This document shows positions 62,764 to 64,000 of a stretch of 64,000 bases of DNA, in pieces. The DNA is taken from sequence record AP029160.1. One strand, 5' to 3'. Position numbers and translations under genes: made by a program. The notes below the pieces were generated by a model. That model saw only the letters and a program-made list of their open reading frames with translations, was not told the origin of the DNA and did not search any database. Source of the stretch: a plasmid. The stretch's first letter is position 1. Every line of letters begins with the position of its first letter.

Positions 62764-63171
62764 GTGAGATCAATTGTGAAGTTAATCGCAGTTTGCTCAA
62801 CATTAGCTTTGAGTCATCCAATATTTGCAAATACCAATATTGGTATTAATGTTGGTAATCATTACTTTGGTATAAGTCATTATCATAGTAATGGTGATCA
62901 TTATTATGGTGGTGGTGTCTACTTTGGAGGAAAATACTATGATGCGGTAGGTGGATATTACTTTAATGGTATTTATTATGATGCCTACGGCGGATATTAC
63001 TATAATGGTGGTTACTATACTTCTTCAGGAGTTTTCTTTGGAGGTATTGGTGGATATTATAAAGGAGGTCTCTTCTTCGATATTTATGGTGGATATTATA
63101 GTGTAGAAGGCTACTATTATGTCCCATATGGTGGTTATTACGATCAATATGGTATTTACCATGCTAGTTAA
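62764..63171 (+). CDS. Secreted Gly/Tyr-rich repetitive protein
   Basis: Signal peptide MRSIVKLIAVCSTLALSHPIFA followed by GGYY/YGG repeats. Confidence 0.5.
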   Translation: MRSIVKLIAVCSTLALSHPIFANTNIGINVGNHYFGISHYHSNGDHYYGGGVYFGGKYYDAVGGYYFNGIYYDAYGGYYYNGGYYTSSGVFFGGIGGYYKGGLFFDIYGGYYSVEGYYYVPYGGYYDQYGIYHAS

Positions 63172-63278
63172 TTCTGTTCTATTGCAAATAATTAAGAGTT
63201 ATTTTTAATTACAATGAAAACTCTTCTTTTGCTAGAATTTTGATCAGTATATCTGAAAAGCCCCAAATGTAGAAAGAG

Positions 63279-63310
63279 AAAAGCCCCACTCTAAGAATGG
63301 GGCTTTTTTA
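63279..63310. terminator. Bidirectional intrinsic terminator hairpin
   Basis: AAAAGCCCC-actctaagaat-GGGGCTTTTTT. Confidence 0.6.
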
Positions 63311-63427
63311 TTTGTCTTGTAAATTTTGGAAAGTTTGACAGTCAATTGACTGTCATGAGGTTTGAGTTTTCCCTTTAAAGTTAAAAAAAAGCCCCAACAA
63401 AGCTGAGACTTTGTGAACTGCTCGACC

Positions 63428-64000
63428 CTAAAGGGAGCGAGCTTCTGAAGTCATAGGAATCAGCGGATTAGATTGCTCTAATCTCGTCTTACATATTCCT
63501 CGTCCAGCTTTACTTCGGCTAATTCCTAGCCTAGTTCTCGTCTTAGCTTTCGGCTTTGACAAAAGAAATTGAACACCTCTTTTTGCTATTATTTTTGCTG
63601 CATTGATATCAGCATTGTCATGATTTCCGCATAATAGACATAAGAAATTATCTTGTGTTTTTCTATTATCGGCGTGAGTGTGGCCACAATTGGCACATTC
63701 TTGACTAGAATAATGAGGTGAAACTTTTATAACTAATTTCCCATATTTTTTAGCTTTATATTCTAAAAATTCTATTGTTTTTGCTAATCCTTTAGAGAGT
63801 AATTCTCTATTTAACCCCGCCTTGGCCTTTCTCATATTTGGCAAATAATTTCCATTTTCATCTTGCTTTGGCTTAGGAGATTTTGTCATATTTTTTAGTT
63901 TTAAATCTTCTACTGCAAATATTTTTGCCTCAGAATTTGCAATAGAATGTGAGACTTTATGACAAAAATCATGTCTTATATTACTTATTTTAGAATGAAT
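63428..64000 (-). CDS. tnpB: TnpB (IS200/IS605 OrfB family) 3' portion; the N-terminus lies beyond the window end
   Basis: Zn-finger C-terminus SPHYSSQECANCGHTHADNRKTQDNFLCLLCGNHDNADINAAKIIAKRG. The minus-strand frame stays open to position 64000 (...FAVEDLKLKNMTKSPKPKQDENGN). A hairpin ACAAAG-CTGAGA-CTTTGT plus a T-run follows the stop. Confidence 0.65.
   Translation of the reverse strand: MHSKISNIRHDFCHKVSHSIANSEAKIFAVEDLKLKNMTKSPKPKQDENGNYLPNMRKAKAGLNRELLSKGLAKTIEFLEYKAKKYGKLVIKVSPHYSSQECANCGHTHADNRKTQDNFLCLLCGNHDNADINAAKIIAKRGVQFLLSKPKAKTRTRLGISRSKAGRGICKTRLEQSNPLIPMTSEARSL

Noticed and set aside
63402-63425. AGCTGAGACTTTGTGAACTGCTCG resembles the first half of the CRISPR repeat (GCTGAGACTT identical, then GTGAA)
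   Set aside because: The 10-mer forms the loop/stem of the hairpin directly after the tnpB stop (ACAAAG-CTGAGA-CTTTGT plus a T-run on the minus strand). A single 10-mer match in 64 kb is within chance expectation, and there is no spacer-like periodicity.
1-64000. tRNA, rRNA or tmRNA genes
   Set aside because: None found. No GTTCGAATC-type T-loop contexts or rRNA-like GC-rich conserved blocks were seen in the non-coding regions.

Overview
This is a very AT-rich bacterial window that looks like accessory DNA: a conjugative/plasmid-like integrated element carrying a complete type II-C CRISPR-Cas locus, followed by a defence/transposon island. The left part (1-11 kb) is a minus-strand VirB-like type IV secretion gene row: VirB6/TrbL-like (truncated at the window edge), VirB5-like, VirB3/4 ATPase and VirB2-like pilin, plus two large leucine-rich-repeat lipoproteins. 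From 11.7 to 19.7 kb there is an HTH regulator, a hybrid sensor histidine kinase with a periplasmic binding protein, a CHAP-domain hydrolase, a DUF1028 protein, and a class-III nucleotidyl-cyclase-like protein next to a HicB-like HTH protein. From 19.7 to 31 kb lies a plasmid-like backbone: an iteron/palindrome-rich oriV-like region, a frameshifted DUF2971 gene, a Lys-rich AT-hook histone-like protein, and an inverted pair of a novel ~165-bp GC-rich repeat. It continues with a second HicB-like paralog, an archaeo-eukaryotic-type primase-polymerase, a ParA ATPase with its partner gene, and 8 x 21-bp centromere-like tandem repeats. The CRISPR-Cas locus spans 34.2-41.0 kb. It has 31 x 36-bp repeats and 30 spacers on the plus strand, cas2-cas1-cas9 on the minus strand, and a predicted tracrRNA divergent from cas9 whose terminator directly abuts a truncated IS6-family remnant. 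A MobC-like gene, a tyrosine integrase and an attachment-site-like repeat block (about 44.1 kb) close this element. To the right are a DarT/DarG toxin-antitoxin pair, two family-3 solute-binding proteins, TniB/TniA-like remnants, a Tn3-family transposon with frameshifted tnpA plus resolvase and res site, three near-identical 820-bp IS6 (IS26-like) copies without target-site duplications, an IS21 remnant, and a partial TnpB at the window end. Several short repeat families (16-bp perfect palindromes, a 37-bp identical repeat, GGCAG boxes) are described in the findings. I found no rRNA or tRNA genes.
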